From a virus: a stretch of 64,000 nt of DNA. Shown here in pieces: positions 9,317-19,397 of this stretch. The stretch spans positions 26,904 to 90,903 of the IMG/VR virus record IMGVR_UViG_3300031999_000008. One strand, 5' to 3'. How positions within the stretch are numbered: the stretch's first letter is position 1; each line of letters starts with the position of its first letter. The position numbers and the translations under genes were made by a program. Below the pieces are notes generated by a model, which saw only the letters and a list, made by a program, of their open reading frames with translations, was not told the origin of the DNA and ran no database searches.

Positions 9317-10022
9317 TCCCCGCCACCGCTATGATGCGCTAGTTAATCAGCGCAGAATACCAGAGACGAACCATGAGCGTTCTCTGTTCGTAGCGTTGCA
9401 TGGTAAAGACGCCCTGGATAAGTTGAGCCCGCTCCGTCTTTGGAATCCTGATCAAGAAATAAACTCAATCCTCGACTACCCGATGTTGGTATTCCGGACT
9501 GAGTCTATTCGCAGTATTCTCGAAGCGTTCATGATCGCTACGGATAATGACTTTTCGATATCTCAGGCCATTTCGATGCCGCCTGAAGAAGTAAATGTTT
9601 ATCGAGAGTTGTTCTTCGATACATCTGTCTTCAAGACAGAACTAGAGATCATGGTCTTCATGCAGGAGATTCCTGAGGAGCACCCTTACAAGCCCTACTA
9701 CCGTATTGCCTACCACCAAGGCCTTGGCGCTTTGCAGTGGCACTTCTGTCGTAATAAGGGCGAAGTACTTGCACAGGACGTCATTAAAACGCTCATGACC
9801 GATTCTTACTTCAGGTCCATGGAGCATCGAGGGCAGGCTATTACGGGCAAGCTCGCAAGAGAAGCTGCGAAATACGCTAAGATCTCGTTAGAGTGTGCAC
9901 GAGCTCTGTTGGGTAATAACGACTTCATCAACGAAGACGCCGAGAACCTTCGTATCCGGTTTGAGGAAGCCCGCGGCAACCGTACCGTCGAAGATATAGG
10001 CGCGGATAAGGTGGTTCACTAA
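9303..10022 (+). CDS. Hypothetical protein, head module
   Basis: ORF overlapping the upstream stop. Confidence 0.65.
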   Translation: MRSPNPRHRYDALVNQRRIPETNHERSLFVALHGKDALDKLSPLRLWNPDQEINSILDYPMLVFRTESIRSILEAFMIATDNDFSISQAISMPPEEVNVYRELFFDTSVFKTELEIMVFMQEIPEEHPYKPYYRIAYHQGLGALQWHFCRNKGEVLAQDVIKTLMTDSYFRSMEHRGQAITGKLAREAAKYAKISLECARALLGNNDFINEDAENLRIRFEEARGNRTVEDIGADKVVH

Positions 10023-10023
10023 C

Positions 10024-10797
10024 ATGGCTCACATCACCGAGAACGACTACAAGAAGCTGGCAGAGGCCGTCTCTGACGACTTGCTGTTAAATAAAGTCGC
10101 TTTAAATGACAGCATCTCCAAGCTGGCCTCCTCGATGGACATGAGCCAGGAGCAGGTCCGCCGTCTTTGTGAAGCGTCGAATAACACGACATTCAACAAG
10201 ATGTTTCAATCCAAGGATAAGACTGCATCCGACCGCATGGTCGAATTTGATGTAGCCGACGCAAGTCGTGTCCTGGGCGGCGCTGTAAAAGAAGCTAGCG
10301 CGCACGTACCCGACGCTGGCGTAGTTTACTTGTCCGAGTACCGGACTTTGCGACCAGACGACCCAGAAGAAACTACGACCAAAGTCGCATTTGAAATGCG
10401 TCCTGAGTCTAAGCCGAGGACCGAACAAGACCGCCGTACCTTGCGCAAGACTCTGGATCATCTTCGGCATGAAAAGATCGCAACCGAGTACATGTACTCT
10501 GATGCACTGCATGCCATCAAAAATCAGTTCAAGCGGCTTTACCGCGATACTGATTTTCAGACATTCGAGAAACGCGCGGCGGCAATCCACGGCGCTGCTG
10601 CCCTACGTCCTTTGACTGACATGCGTGCGCAACTTCGCATGCCTGCAGTTACCTACGATTTTGACCGCATCCAAAAGACCGCGGGCTACGTAGACGACAG
10701 TAAGATCGAGTATAAACTCATGTCAGACGCAGTTGCGCATGCTGTTAAGCTTGCGGAACTCACTCAGGGTATCTCTAAACTGGAGACTCTTGTATGA
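10024..10797 (+). CDS. Putative head assembly/internal protein
   Basis: KLA/KTA/KEA/KVA/KIA sites; operon context. Confidence 0.6.
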   Translation: MAHITENDYKKLAEAVSDDLLLNKVALNDSISKLASSMDMSQEQVRRLCEASNNTTFNKMFQSKDKTASDRMVEFDVADASRVLGGAVKEASAHVPDAGVVYLSEYRTLRPDDPEETTTKVAFEMRPESKPRTEQDRRTLRKTLDHLRHEKIATEYMYSDALHAIKNQFKRLYRDTDFQTFEKRAAAIHGAAALRPLTDMRAQLRMPAVTYDFDRIQKTAGYVDDSKIEYKLMSDAVAHAVKLAELTQGISKLETLV

Positions 10798-11423
10798 GCC
10801 GGTTTGATGAAACCGTGACGAAGATTGCCGCGTCACAGGTAAAAACGGCGTTGATCGCACAACTGCCTTCGCTGTTGAACGCTGAAGCAAAGCCTAAGCA
10901 CGCTGGGCGTGCCGAGACTGCGTTAGAAAAAGAAGCAGGCATTTTTGAGCATGTTTTTGGCCACGGTAAAGAAATCTCAGGTGCTCAAACTATCGCACGT
11001 GCTATCGCGGGTGGTGTAGGCACCGCCGCGGTTATTGGCGGTGGTACATATGCGGTTGGTCGCGCGCTAGATAAAGCAAACGCAGCCAGCGAGACGCTTA
11101 CGTCGCAGCGCCAGCAAATCGGTAAGCTCAAGGGCGAACAAACTTTTCGCCACAGCTTAAATGCTAAGCTCGCGCCCATGCATGTTAAAGTGTTTGCGGC
11201 TATTAAGAAAGATCCGGTCATTGCCAAGGCGGACCACGCGCTTATTCATTCGTCTTACGAAACGATGAAGCGCTTTGCCCCGCACTTAGCCGCTGATGAA
11301 AATGCAGCGCGTAGCTTCTTGCGTGAAAACGCAATCTACGGCACGGGTCCGAGTTACGCTTCGTTGAAGAACCTCGCCGACGCTGAGCAATCGGTTGGCA
11401 AAGCTAGCGGTCTGGGAGGCTGA
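10794..11423 (+). CDS. Putative internal head protein with TM helix
   Basis: KIA, KTA, EKEAG sites; hydrophobic GGVGTAAVIGGG segment. Confidence 0.6.
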   Translation: MSRFDETVTKIAASQVKTALIAQLPSLLNAEAKPKHAGRAETALEKEAGIFEHVFGHGKEISGAQTIARAIAGGVGTAAVIGGGTYAVGRALDKANAASETLTSQRQQIGKLKGEQTFRHSLNAKLAPMHVKVFAAIKKDPVIAKADHALIHSSYETMKRFAPHLAADENAARSFLRENAIYGTGPSYASLKNLADAEQSVGKASGLGG

Positions 11424-11424
11424 A

Positions 11425-12102
11425 ATGTCTTACGATGCAATCATGCATAAACTGAGCTCGGCTGAGTTGACCCTCAGCCCTCAGATGCAAGACGTGATTC
11501 AACGCGTACGTGAGACGGGACTCCACAAGGTGGCAGCTCCGTTATACGGCGTGGATGAAGTTACGCTGAAAACAGCGGTGCAGCAGTTGAGTACTGCGTG
11601 GTTAGCGCAGCACTACAAGTACCAGAAGATTGCTTCAGGACTCGACTCGTACGCGATCGTAAATGGTGAGAAAACCGCGGGTCCTCGGGACATCTGGAAT
11701 GCGGTGCAAAGCCGTTTTTTAGGTAAGGCGCCTGCCGCAGCGGAAGCTACAGGCGCCGCACATTTACCGGGCCTTGCGGATACCCTAGCCCCCACCGGTC
11801 GCGGTATCGGCATTGGCAAGCCGGTTAATAGTTTCGGAACGGGAGGCTTAGCCGCGCCCATGTCTCAAGAACAACAACTGGGCCATCAATATGCCGGCAT
11901 GGTTCGCGACGTAGCCCCGCGTCTAGAAGCAGGCAACGCAATCGCTAACAAAATGCGCACTAGCGCGATTCCTCCTGAAATGCCTCCGGCTATGGCGCAA
12001 GCTCGCCAGGCAGGGCAGGCTACAGCCAAGATGTTGACTCCCGTGTCCCAATTTAGCGGATCCAAGCGAATCCTGCCTGCCAAGCCCGGACAACTGGCCT
12101 AA
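11425..12102 (+). CDS. Putative internal head protein
   Basis: GGAGG RBS before ATG 11425; KVA/KTA/KIA sites. Confidence 0.6.
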   Translation: MSYDAIMHKLSSAELTLSPQMQDVIQRVRETGLHKVAAPLYGVDEVTLKTAVQQLSTAWLAQHYKYQKIASGLDSYAIVNGEKTAGPRDIWNAVQSRFLGKAPAAAEATGAAHLPGLADTLAPTGRGIGIGKPVNSFGTGGLAAPMSQEQQLGHQYAGMVRDVAPRLEAGNAIANKMRTSAIPPEMPPAMAQARQAGQATAKMLTPVSQFSGSKRILPAKPGQLA

Positions 12103-12103
12103 T

Positions 12104-13957
12104 ATGTCTTACTCCAAGATCATCACATTAGACGACCATTTCTCGACCGGGGAACCCACGGTCCAGCTGGTATCTACGTGGGGTCGTGGAGGACGGCTGT
12201 TGCGGGAAGCAACTTCGCTGCACAAGATTGCCAGCACGCACAGCCCCGCTGTTGAGTATATCAAGACCGTCGCGCCTGAGCCCGGCAAGACTATTGTTCT
12301 TGTTATTGGCCTTGGTGACAATGAGACCTACGGTGCCAATCGTAATGGTGATGGTTTCCCGTCCCAGCCCGTAAAAGGCAAAATCGCTGCCGACGAAGTG
12401 CTTACTAAGCACTATCAGTCTTACGATAAAGCGCATGTATTTGAGCATCATGTAAACAGTGACCCTGCCAAAGCGATCGGACGCGTAAAGAAAGCTTTCT
12501 GGAATCCCCACATGCGTCGTGTGGAAATGGTTGAGGACTTCGATAATGCGAAGGCTCCCCATTTATTAGAAAAGATTGCCAGTGGTGAATATCCTGCGAA
12601 AAGTATGGGTTGCAGGATCAAGTACGACGTCTGCAACAATTGCGGTAACAAAGCAAAGACACGTGCTGATTATTGCGACCATCTGAAGTTCGCAATGAGC
12701 CGTATTGACCCGCACTCGGGTGTCCAGAATTCGGCCTTGAATCCCAGCCCGGATTTCTTCGACAGCTCTTGGGTCATTCGCCCTGCAGATCGTACGGGTT
12801 TCATGATGAAGAAGGTCGCCAAGGAACACCCGTACGAAATTCGTATGGGCAGTTTCGAACTCGGCGATATCATCAATGACTTATCCAGCAAATCGGCTGA
12901 ATTAGGCAAAGCCGCGGATATTGAGAAAGTAATGCAAGGGGAACCTACTGCATCTGTCTCAAATCTAAAGCCTAAAGACGCTCAACTCGTAAAGAAATAC
13001 GTGAGCGAATGCGCTGATTCCTCCGATAAAGAGCCTGATCATACGCGTGCTGTAAGCATTATGATCAGTTACAAACCCTCAGAGGCTTTGGAAAGTGCTG
13101 ACGAGTTAGGGCTTCCCCTCGGTCTAAAAGATATTATTCAATACTTCTTGGGTAAGATCGCTCCCGAGACAGCGGGTGCCGATAAGAAGACGTTAAAGTC
13201 GGCTAATGACCATTTGGGCCTGATCTATTCCGTCTACAGTAAGTATCCTCGTTTCTACAACGAGCTCGTTAAAGAAGCGGGCTTGGACGGAACAAGCACG
13301 TCCAACCCCACGCTTCTAAAGAAATTGGCTGCTGAAAGCCCCACCACGGATTACTTGAAGCGTCAGGTCATGCCTGAAGCAATGTATCCCGGTCGGGCTA
13401 AAACAGATATGGTCTCGTGGACGGACCCGAACTCGGGTCAACGCTACCAGACAAATTACGGTGCGGTAGAGCAAACACACGATCCATTGATTCGAGAAGG
13501 TCTTGCACATAAGGCGCTGGCAGGCGGCGCCTTGTTAGGGACTGGCGCACTTTTAGGTGGGGCAGCTTTCGCAGCGCGTAATACCCGTATACCTAAGGCC
13601 CTAACGATTGGCGGAGGTCTCGTAGGTGCAGGTTTAGGCGCAGTAGGTATTCATAACCTGCTAGGGCCTACACCAATCGCCGGACCCAAGGTCGTAACCG
13701 ACCAGGGCGAGACTATCTCGGGCTGGACTCCGATGACTCCCAAGCATGCTGAAACCACGCTAGCTAACTTCCCGTACATCGTGAAGCGTGCGAATGAAGC
13801 TCCAACTGCTATGAATCCGCAATACGTAAACTGGTTCATTGATCAATTGAAGTTCGCTGAGATTCATGATGAACTAAGCCCGTATATCGGACCTACGCTC
13901 GACCTAGAAAAGGTTGCGCAAGCCCTCGGTACGTCGATATTAAAGCGCACCGAGTAA
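12104..13957 (+). CDS. Prohead (capsid maturation) protease with Zn-binding insert and C-terminal extension
   Basis: NRNGDGFP, EHHVN (candidate catalytic His), SMGC...C-x2-C-GN...C-x-H, FFDSSWV.RPAD pattern of HK97/assemblin-type phage proteases; lies upstream of scaffold and capsid genes. Confidence 0.75.
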   Translation: MSYSKIITLDDHFSTGEPTVQLVSTWGRGGRLLREATSLHKIASTHSPAVEYIKTVAPEPGKTIVLVIGLGDNETYGANRNGDGFPSQPVKGKIAADEVLTKHYQSYDKAHVFEHHVNSDPAKAIGRVKKAFWNPHMRRVEMVEDFDNAKAPHLLEKIASGEYPAKSMGCRIKYDVCNNCGNKAKTRADYCDHLKFAMSRIDPHSGVQNSALNPSPDFFDSSWVIRPADRTGFMMKKVAKEHPYEIRMGSFELGDIINDLSSKSAELGKAADIEKVMQGEPTASVSNLKPKDAQLVKKYVSECADSSDKEPDHTRAVSIMISYKPSEALESADELGLPLGLKDIIQYFLGKIAPETAGADKKTLKSANDHLGLIYSVYSKYPRFYNELVKEAGLDGTSTSNPTLLKKLAAESPTTDYLKRQVMPEAMYPGRAKTDMVSWTDPNSGQRYQTNYGAVEQTHDPLIREGLAHKALAGGALLGTGALLGGAAFAARNTRIPKALTIGGGLVGAGLGAVGIHNLLGPTPIAGPKVVTDQGETISGWTPMTPKHAETTLANFPYIVKRANEAPTAMNPQYVNWFIDQLKFAEIHDELSPYIGPTLDLEKVAQALGTSILKRTE

Positions 13958-13960
13958 AGC

Positions 13961-13989
13961 TTGTATTATCAAAGACTACCCCCTAAGAT
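13961..13989 (+). promoter_or_regulatory. sigma70-like promoter TTGTAT-N17-TAAGAT
   Basis: Intergenic, upstream of scaffold/capsid operon; followed by TAACG like the 4212 promoter. Confidence 0.55.
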
Positions 13990-14016
13990 TAACGACGAAA
14001 CCCTTGAGAGGGATCT

Positions 14017-14592
14017 ATGGCTGACAATCAAGACGCATTCTCCCGTATTTTGAATCGCATGCAGGATGCAGATACTGGGATCACAGAAAAAACAGCAGCT
14101 GCGGAGCCTGAGGCACCTAATGCCGCTGCGCGCATGTTGTCAACCGTGCGCACCATCTCAAGCGCGGTGAAGACCGCGTCGGTTGCGCCTAGTACACCTG
14201 CCACTCCCGTGGCGAGCCTGGAGCGTATGGCTAAAGAAGCACAAGCTGCGGAGCAGGATCAGTTGCTCAAGCAAGCTCAGTTTATGGGCGCCGCTGTTGC
14301 TGATGGGTTCATGGAGCGTTTTGCCCAATACGACACCGCTCTTACGAGTCAGGGCGTAAAGACGGCCGCTACGTTGCCTGCCAATAACGCCGAGTCCGAG
14401 GCGGTGTTGCAAAAGGTAGCGGAAGCTGCGTATAGCCAGGCTGTCCAAGACATGGAGAAGCAGGCCGCCGCTGAGTACGAGCAGGGTTACAACGACCAGC
14501 TCCAAGAGATTCACAAGATTGCGTCCGACGTGCATTACATCGGACAGCAGACTGCGAACCACCTCGTTCAAGAGGCGCGTAGCAGCAAATGA
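14017..14592 (+). CDS. Scaffold-like helical protein
   Basis: Ala/Glu-rich coiled coil with KTA/KEA/KQA/KVA/KIA sites, between protease and capsid genes. Confidence 0.55.
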   Translation: MADNQDAFSRILNRMQDADTGITEKTAAAEPEAPNAAARMLSTVRTISSAVKTASVAPSTPATPVASLERMAKEAQAAEQDQLLKQAQFMGAAVADGFMERFAQYDTALTSQGVKTAATLPANNAESEAVLQKVAEAAYSQAVQDMEKQAAAEYEQGYNDQLQEIHKIASDVHYIGQQTANHLVQEARSSK

Positions 14593-15251
14593 GCCGCTTC
14601 GTAAACATCGGTGAGCTGGCAGATCAGGTGCTTGAGTCCGTACGTACGGAAACACGCGCCAAGACTGCATCTGCTCAGGCACCTATACGTAATTACGTGC
14701 CTGTTGCCCGTGAATTACGGAAGCTTGCCGCTGATTTACGCGAAGCAGGCCCTGACGACGACGTAGGCGAGGCTGATATGGCCGCGCTTATGCAAGATCC
14801 CGAAGTAATGCAATTAATGCAAGAACTCGAAGCCAATCCCGAGTTATTGCAGCAATTGCTTGAACAAGGTGCGGGCGGTCCTGAAGGACAAGAGCTTGCG
14901 GCAGGTGCTGCAGGGGCTCCCGACGGGGACATGCCTTCTCCCGAAATGCTGCCTTCGGGCGCACATCCTGGGATGGACCCCGAAGCTGCCTCCGGCATGC
15001 CTCCCGGTGCCATGGGCGCTCCGCCGCCTGCTTCGCATCAAGAGCACGAAGAAAAGCCCCCGCACCACGGTCAGCCTGAAAAGGATGACCAAGGAATTCC
15101 CCCGGGGTTGAAAGCAGCGAGTGAAATTCGTAAGATCGCTGCGCAATTAAAGACACACAACGAACACTCGAAGAAGGTTCGTTTGGTGAAGGCCGCTCAG
15201 ATGCTAAACGCCGCGACCGGCCTCAAGCATCTCACCGAGGGTTTCAAATGA
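14589..15251 (+). CDS. Scaffold-like protein
   Basis: Two 'ELRKLA/EIRKIA' helices flanking a low-complexity linker. Confidence 0.5.
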   Translation: MSRFVNIGELADQVLESVRTETRAKTASAQAPIRNYVPVARELRKLAADLREAGPDDDVGEADMAALMQDPEVMQLMQELEANPELLQQLLEQGAGGPEGQELAAGAAGAPDGDMPSPEMLPSGAHPGMDPEAASGMPPGAMGAPPPASHQEHEEKPPHHGQPEKDDQGIPPGLKAASEIRKIAAQLKTHNEHSKKVRLVKAAQMLNAATGLKHLTEGFK

Positions 15252-15610
15252 GCCAGTACGATAGGGCGAAAATTGCGGACTTGCTCGATGCGGTCGCCGA
15301 ATACGTAGACGACGTAGAGTCGCAGAAAACTGCGGCTGAACAGTCGGCGCGTAATGAGCGTGTCGAGAAGCTTGCTCAGAATTACTCTGTTTCGACGGGC
15401 GAGGCCCTTCCCAACGAGTTTAAGCTGAAATTAGCAAGTTTAGACCCGACAACCCTTGATCATTTACTCAAGGTTGCCAAAAATAATACAGAGTCTCCGG
15501 ATGCCCTAGGGAAGCCGGCGGATGCAGACGACACCCCGGCTCCAAGGACAGTCAAGGAAGCCGCGGAAAACGCAGAGAAACGATTCCTTGACTTCCTCAT
15601 CAACGATTAA
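15248..15610 (+). CDS. Scaffold-like protein
   Basis: Acidic helical protein with K-x-A sites. Confidence 0.5.
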   Translation: MSQYDRAKIADLLDAVAEYVDDVESQKTAAEQSARNERVEKLAQNYSVSTGEALPNEFKLKLASLDPTTLDHLLKVAKNNTESPDALGKPADADDTPAPRTVKEAAENAEKRFLDFLIND

Positions 15611-15630
15611 GGCGCAGGAGATAAATTCCC

Positions 15631-16098
15631 ATGGCAAGTCTCAATGATAAGTTTGACGTTCTCCGCGGCTGGGAGCCTGGTGGCGATGCTGGCGTTGATC
15701 AGTCATTGCCGCCCCTCAAGATTGCAAACGTTCCCGTCACCCTTCTTCCCGGCTACATCGTAGTTGCGGATACGAACGGCGATGTGAACGTTGCTACTTC
15801 GCCTGCCAGCGTTGCGCTCGGCACTGCCCAGCCGCCCCAGGTTTACGTCGTGCTTGAAGGCAACGGCGTCGATACGTCCACGCAGTTCGTGGAGAAGGTT
15901 GTTTGTCTTCGCGGCAAACTGACCATCAAGACTGACAAGCTCAACACTGCCCAGTCCTTCCCCATTACGGGCAAGGTTACTTACAGCAACGGACTCCTTA
16001 GCGATGCCGGCGCTGCCGCAACTACGCATGTCATTGGCAGCGTGCTTGCGAACAACGTAGCTACGGACGGCACCATCGTCGTCGAGCTGGACATCTGA
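15631..16098 (+). CDS. Head decoration/cement protein
   Basis: AGGAG RBS; beta-rich 155 aa immediately upstream of MCP. Confidence 0.55.
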   Translation: MASLNDKFDVLRGWEPGGDAGVDQSLPPLKIANVPVTLLPGYIVVADTNGDVNVATSPASVALGTAQPPQVYVVLEGNGVDTSTQFVEKVVCLRGKLTIKTDKLNTAQSFPITGKVTYSNGLLSDAGAAATTHVIGSVLANNVATDGTIVVELDI

Positions 16099-16146
16099 GT
16101 CCTTGTAATTAACCGCCCCCTAATTCTGGACACGGAGCTAAATTAA

Positions 16147-17073
16147 ATGTCTAACGCATATCGCACAGAGACTGAGAAGGTCTCGGCCCAGTTCATCAAC
16201 TCTAACTTTGTTCGCAAGCTCGAACAGGGTCGGGTTAAGGAAGCCACCGAAGAAGGTTCGGCTTTCATTCGCACCAAGATGCGCCAAGAGGCGTTCGTGC
16301 GCGAAATTCTTCCCCCGGTTCTTCTTGCGGACGATGAGATCGACCGTGATGAGAACACGGACCAGCCGAAGAAAATCGTCGAGAAGGAGCCCGACTCCAT
16401 CGCGACGTTCGTGCCCTTCTACGGCACTGGCGTTCGTACGCTCTTCCGCGGCCCGCGTTACGCTGTGCACTTCGGTAAGACCGAGTCGCAACGCTTCCGC
16501 AAGAGCAAGTTCGAGCTCATGACCTACCAGAACGATATCCGTAAGATTCTTTCGGATAACTCTGTGAAGGACATGGCTGACCAAGAGGACAGCAAGTTCA
16601 TCAACACGATCAACTCGATCCTCACGAGCAACCCGACGCAGGTCACGACTGCGGCTTCGTTCAATGCGGCTGCCTTCAAGGGCATGTTCCAGAACTTGGT
16701 CAGCCGTCGCATCCCGATCGGCAAGGTCCTGATGACCAAGTACACGTACTACGAGGCGCTTGACCTCCCCGCGACCGACGTTGGTAACGACGTGGCCTCG
16801 GCTCACTACCGTGATGGTATTGAGAAGGAAGAGCGTCTTTGGGGTCTGCCTGTCGTGACCACCATCAAGACAGACATCCTTACGGCGCAGGCCGGTGCGA
16901 CCCACTCGGTCTGGACCTTCGGTCCCGAGAACTACCTGGGTAACTTCTTCCTGCTGCAGGACGCGACCCTGTTCATCAAGCAGGAAGCGGACATGATCTT
17001 CTTCCACAGCTATGCTGCTCCGGGCATCGGCATCGGTAACACCGCGTCGATCACTCGCTGCGACATCGCGTGA
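16147..17073 (+). CDS. Major capsid protein
   Basis: 308 aa, highly expressed-type codon bias, position after protease/scaffold/decoration, C-terminal GIGIGN pattern. Confidence 0.75.
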   Translation: MSNAYRTETEKVSAQFINSNFVRKLEQGRVKEATEEGSAFIRTKMRQEAFVREILPPVLLADDEIDRDENTDQPKKIVEKEPDSIATFVPFYGTGVRTLFRGPRYAVHFGKTESQRFRKSKFELMTYQNDIRKILSDNSVKDMADQEDSKFINTINSILTSNPTQVTTAASFNAAAFKGMFQNLVSRRIPIGKVLMTKYTYYEALDLPATDVGNDVASAHYRDGIEKEERLWGLPVVTTIKTDILTAQAGATHSVWTFGPENYLGNFFLLQDATLFIKQEADMIFFHSYAAPGIGIGNTASITRCDIA

Positions 17074-17537
17074 GCATGATGGGACTGCACTGGTTAAAAA
17101 TAGACCGTCCCTGTATTCTTGAGGTTCCACAACTCAAGGATTACGCAGGTCAGGCCCTGATTTTCAGGCCGCCAGCCCTGTCAACGCGCTGTGTTACATC
17201 CGAGGTGTTTAATCACCCCTTGGTTAAGGCGTACAGGGACCAACTTCTACTTGTAGAGGTTGCCGGAAACGGTGCAGTCCTCGCTCCTGCTGCAGCGCCT
17301 ACTGTCGAAGTGGTAAAGATTGCTCCTGATTTTACGCCTGCTCCGGCTGTAGTAGAACCAGCAGCAATTGTGCCTGAAGCACCGCCCGCCCCCGCCATCG
17401 TGGAACCCGAACCTGAAGTAGCCGCCGAAGTGCCCGCGTCAGAAGAACTCGCATCGGACGCCGTGTCCGCTGACGACGCTTCTTCTACCAGCAACGACGA
17501 CGGTAAAGGATTCGAAGTAAAGCGTCGGCGTCGTTAA
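17070..17537 (+). CDS. Hypothetical protein with Pro/Ala/Glu-rich tail
   Basis: ORF directly after MCP. Confidence 0.55.
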   Translation: MSMMGLHWLKIDRPCILEVPQLKDYAGQALIFRPPALSTRCVTSEVFNHPLVKAYRDQLLLVEVAGNGAVLAPAAAPTVEVVKIAPDFTPAPAVVEPAAIVPEAPPAPAIVEPEPEVAAEVPASEELASDAVSADDASSTSNDDGKGFEVKRRRR

Positions 17538-17560
17538 CCTTAACCTCTAAGGAACGGAGG

Positions 17561-17593
17561 AGCGCGCACATCTGTTGATGTAGCGCGCTTTTT
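17561..17593 (+). terminator. Rho-independent terminator after capsid operon
   Basis: AGCGCGCACATC-TGTT-GATGTAGCGCGCT stem followed by T-run. Confidence 0.75.
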
Positions 17594-17597
17594 CATT

Positions 17598-18161
17598 ATG
17601 GCGACACAACAGATTAAATGGCTACCCTCAGGGTCCCCAAACGTAATTGCGTACGAGATCATTAAAAGCGACGAAGGGCGTGATGGCTCCTACACGCTTT
17701 TAGCCCAGATCTTACATCAAATCCCCGGAACGAACTGGAACTCCACAGGGGCCTATTTCTTCTACAATGACGTCGAGATCAGCTACCGCTATTACCGGAT
17801 ACGGGTATTAGACCGGTACGGTAATGTCGCAGAAGACACGGCCCCCACACCGTTTAAAGCGGGTAATGACCCGGTAATTACTCCGACGTTACATTTCCTG
17901 GCACTACACGAACATACGAACGGACAAAACAATCTTACGTACGTGACAGACGGTGGCACGCCTATCGGTAACGCGGACATTCGCGTTTACAAAAAGATCG
18001 ACTACGACCTACGTAATTTCGCCAAAGCGGTGGGCACTACGATTACTAGTGCTGCAGGTACTTGGGTTAACCCTGTATTTGTAGAGCCTGGTGAGACGTA
18101 CACGATCGTTTATCATAAGGTAAACGAGTACGGTCCTGATACTATCGAAGTCACCGTGTGA
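17598..18161 (+). CDS. Virion protein with FN3-like and Ig-like domains
   Basis: W.PS....VIAYEI...YYRIRV pattern; second beta-sandwich. Confidence 0.5.
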   Translation: MATQQIKWLPSGSPNVIAYEIIKSDEGRDGSYTLLAQILHQIPGTNWNSTGAYFFYNDVEISYRYYRIRVLDRYGNVAEDTAPTPFKAGNDPVITPTLHFLALHEHTNGQNNLTYVTDGGTPIGNADIRVYKKIDYDLRNFAKAVGTTITSAAGTWVNPVFVEPGETYTIVYHKVNEYGPDTIEVTV

Positions 18162-18168
18162 GGAGTCT

Positions 18169-18648
18169 ATGCCTGTAGTCGGTACCCCAGCTACGCCTGT
18201 GATTCTCACGGTAGATCAAGTACGGCGCTTCATGCGTGACCGTCCGGATCACAACATTCTTTTAGATGCTGTCGACTACACCCAGGACGATATCAATCAG
18301 GGTATCGAAATGGTTACGTCTAGGTACAACTCGATAACACCGCAATCCGGGCTACTACCGCAGTCGTGGCCCTCCCACATGCAGTACGTTTTACTCCTAG
18401 GTGTATCAGCATATCTCATTAAAAGCAGCGCGTTCTTACAGCTGCGAAATCAAGCTACGTACCAAGACGGCGACATCGCTCCCATTGGTATCGACGATAA
18501 ATACCCTCTGTATATCCAGTTCTCACAGGTATTGGACGCCGAGTGGTCCCAGCTAGTGCAACAAATTAAGATTCAAAACAATCTTGAGAGCGTTTATGGT
18601 TACGTGAGCTCAGGCTACACAAACGTAAGTCGCTTCCACCACAAGTGA
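18169..18648 (+). CDS. Putative head-tail adaptor/neck protein
   Basis: Helical 159 aa 'VRRFMRD' type; position after capsid. Confidence 0.5.
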   Translation: MPVVGTPATPVILTVDQVRRFMRDRPDHNILLDAVDYTQDDINQGIEMVTSRYNSITPQSGLLPQSWPSHMQYVLLLGVSAYLIKSSAFLQLRNQATYQDGDIAPIGIDDKYPLYIQFSQVLDAEWSQLVQQIKIQNNLESVYGYVSSGYTNVSRFHHK

Positions 18649-19397
18649 GTTCCATGTCTAGCTATTACACTCACGGATGTCATGTTGCCTTGACTAAGCT
18701 GGGTATGGAAGCAGGGCCCGCGCCCTATGCGCCTACAGACGTCCGCGACTCGACTTTCGCCGACAATAAGAAACAACTTCTCTGGAAGAACATGGACGAT
18801 GAAGCGTTCATGACCGGGGAAGAATCCGGTATTGGCATGCCGTCCCCAAGTAAAGAGGCGTCTGAAAATGACGGGGGTTACGGCGACCCAAGCGGTCCGT
18901 ACGGTGCGGGTTCGTACGACGCCAACGCCGATAAAGTCGACCGCGATCAACGCAACAGCGATAGCGTGGCACGTGGTTTTGAGACAAATAGGTTGCTTGA
19001 TCAAAGCTACGGACCTGAAGCTGCAATGACTCAGCCTCATGGGCCTAAGCTCGCTTTCCCCACAGGACTAAACGCTAAAGCGGGTATTTCAGGCGCTGCA
19101 AATATGGGCCGCAACATGGGCGCATTACCCAAATTGCCGAGCCCGATGAGCGTTAAAGGCATAGGCCAAAACGCACGTGCCGGAACAATGCATACCAGCA
19201 TTAATTCCCGAGCACCGCTAGCAAACCAGGCGATTAGCAGCGCCGGAAGCAAATCCATGACGCCCGCACCGACCGCAGGGAGCGTCGGTAATATCTCAGG
19301 CTCTGCGTCTATTAGCCCCAGCGTTGGCATGCCCTCGATGCCATCCATTTCCCCGCCTGCGGCACCTAGCGCATCGCGCACTACGTCAGGTATGTGA
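18645..19397 (+). CDS. Tagged low-complexity protein
   Basis: YTHGCHVALTKLG tag, KEA/KLA sites. Confidence 0.6.
   Translation: MSSMSSYYTHGCHVALTKLGMEAGPAPYAPTDVRDSTFADNKKQLLWKNMDDEAFMTGEESGIGMPSPSKEASENDGGYGDPSGPYGAGSYDANADKVDRDQRNSDSVARGFETNRLLDQSYGPEAAMTQPHGPKLAFPTGLNAKAGISGAANMGRNMGALPKLPSPMSVKGIGQNARAGTMHTSINSRAPLANQAISSAGSKSMTPAPTAGSVGNISGSASISPSVGMPSMPSISPPAAPSASRTTSGM

Noticed and set aside
16138-17130. 330-aa antisense ORF over the major capsid gene (likewise 4381-5208 and 50027-51088)
   Set aside because: Shadow ORFs caused by strong codon bias of highly expressed plus-strand genes; no motifs or RBS
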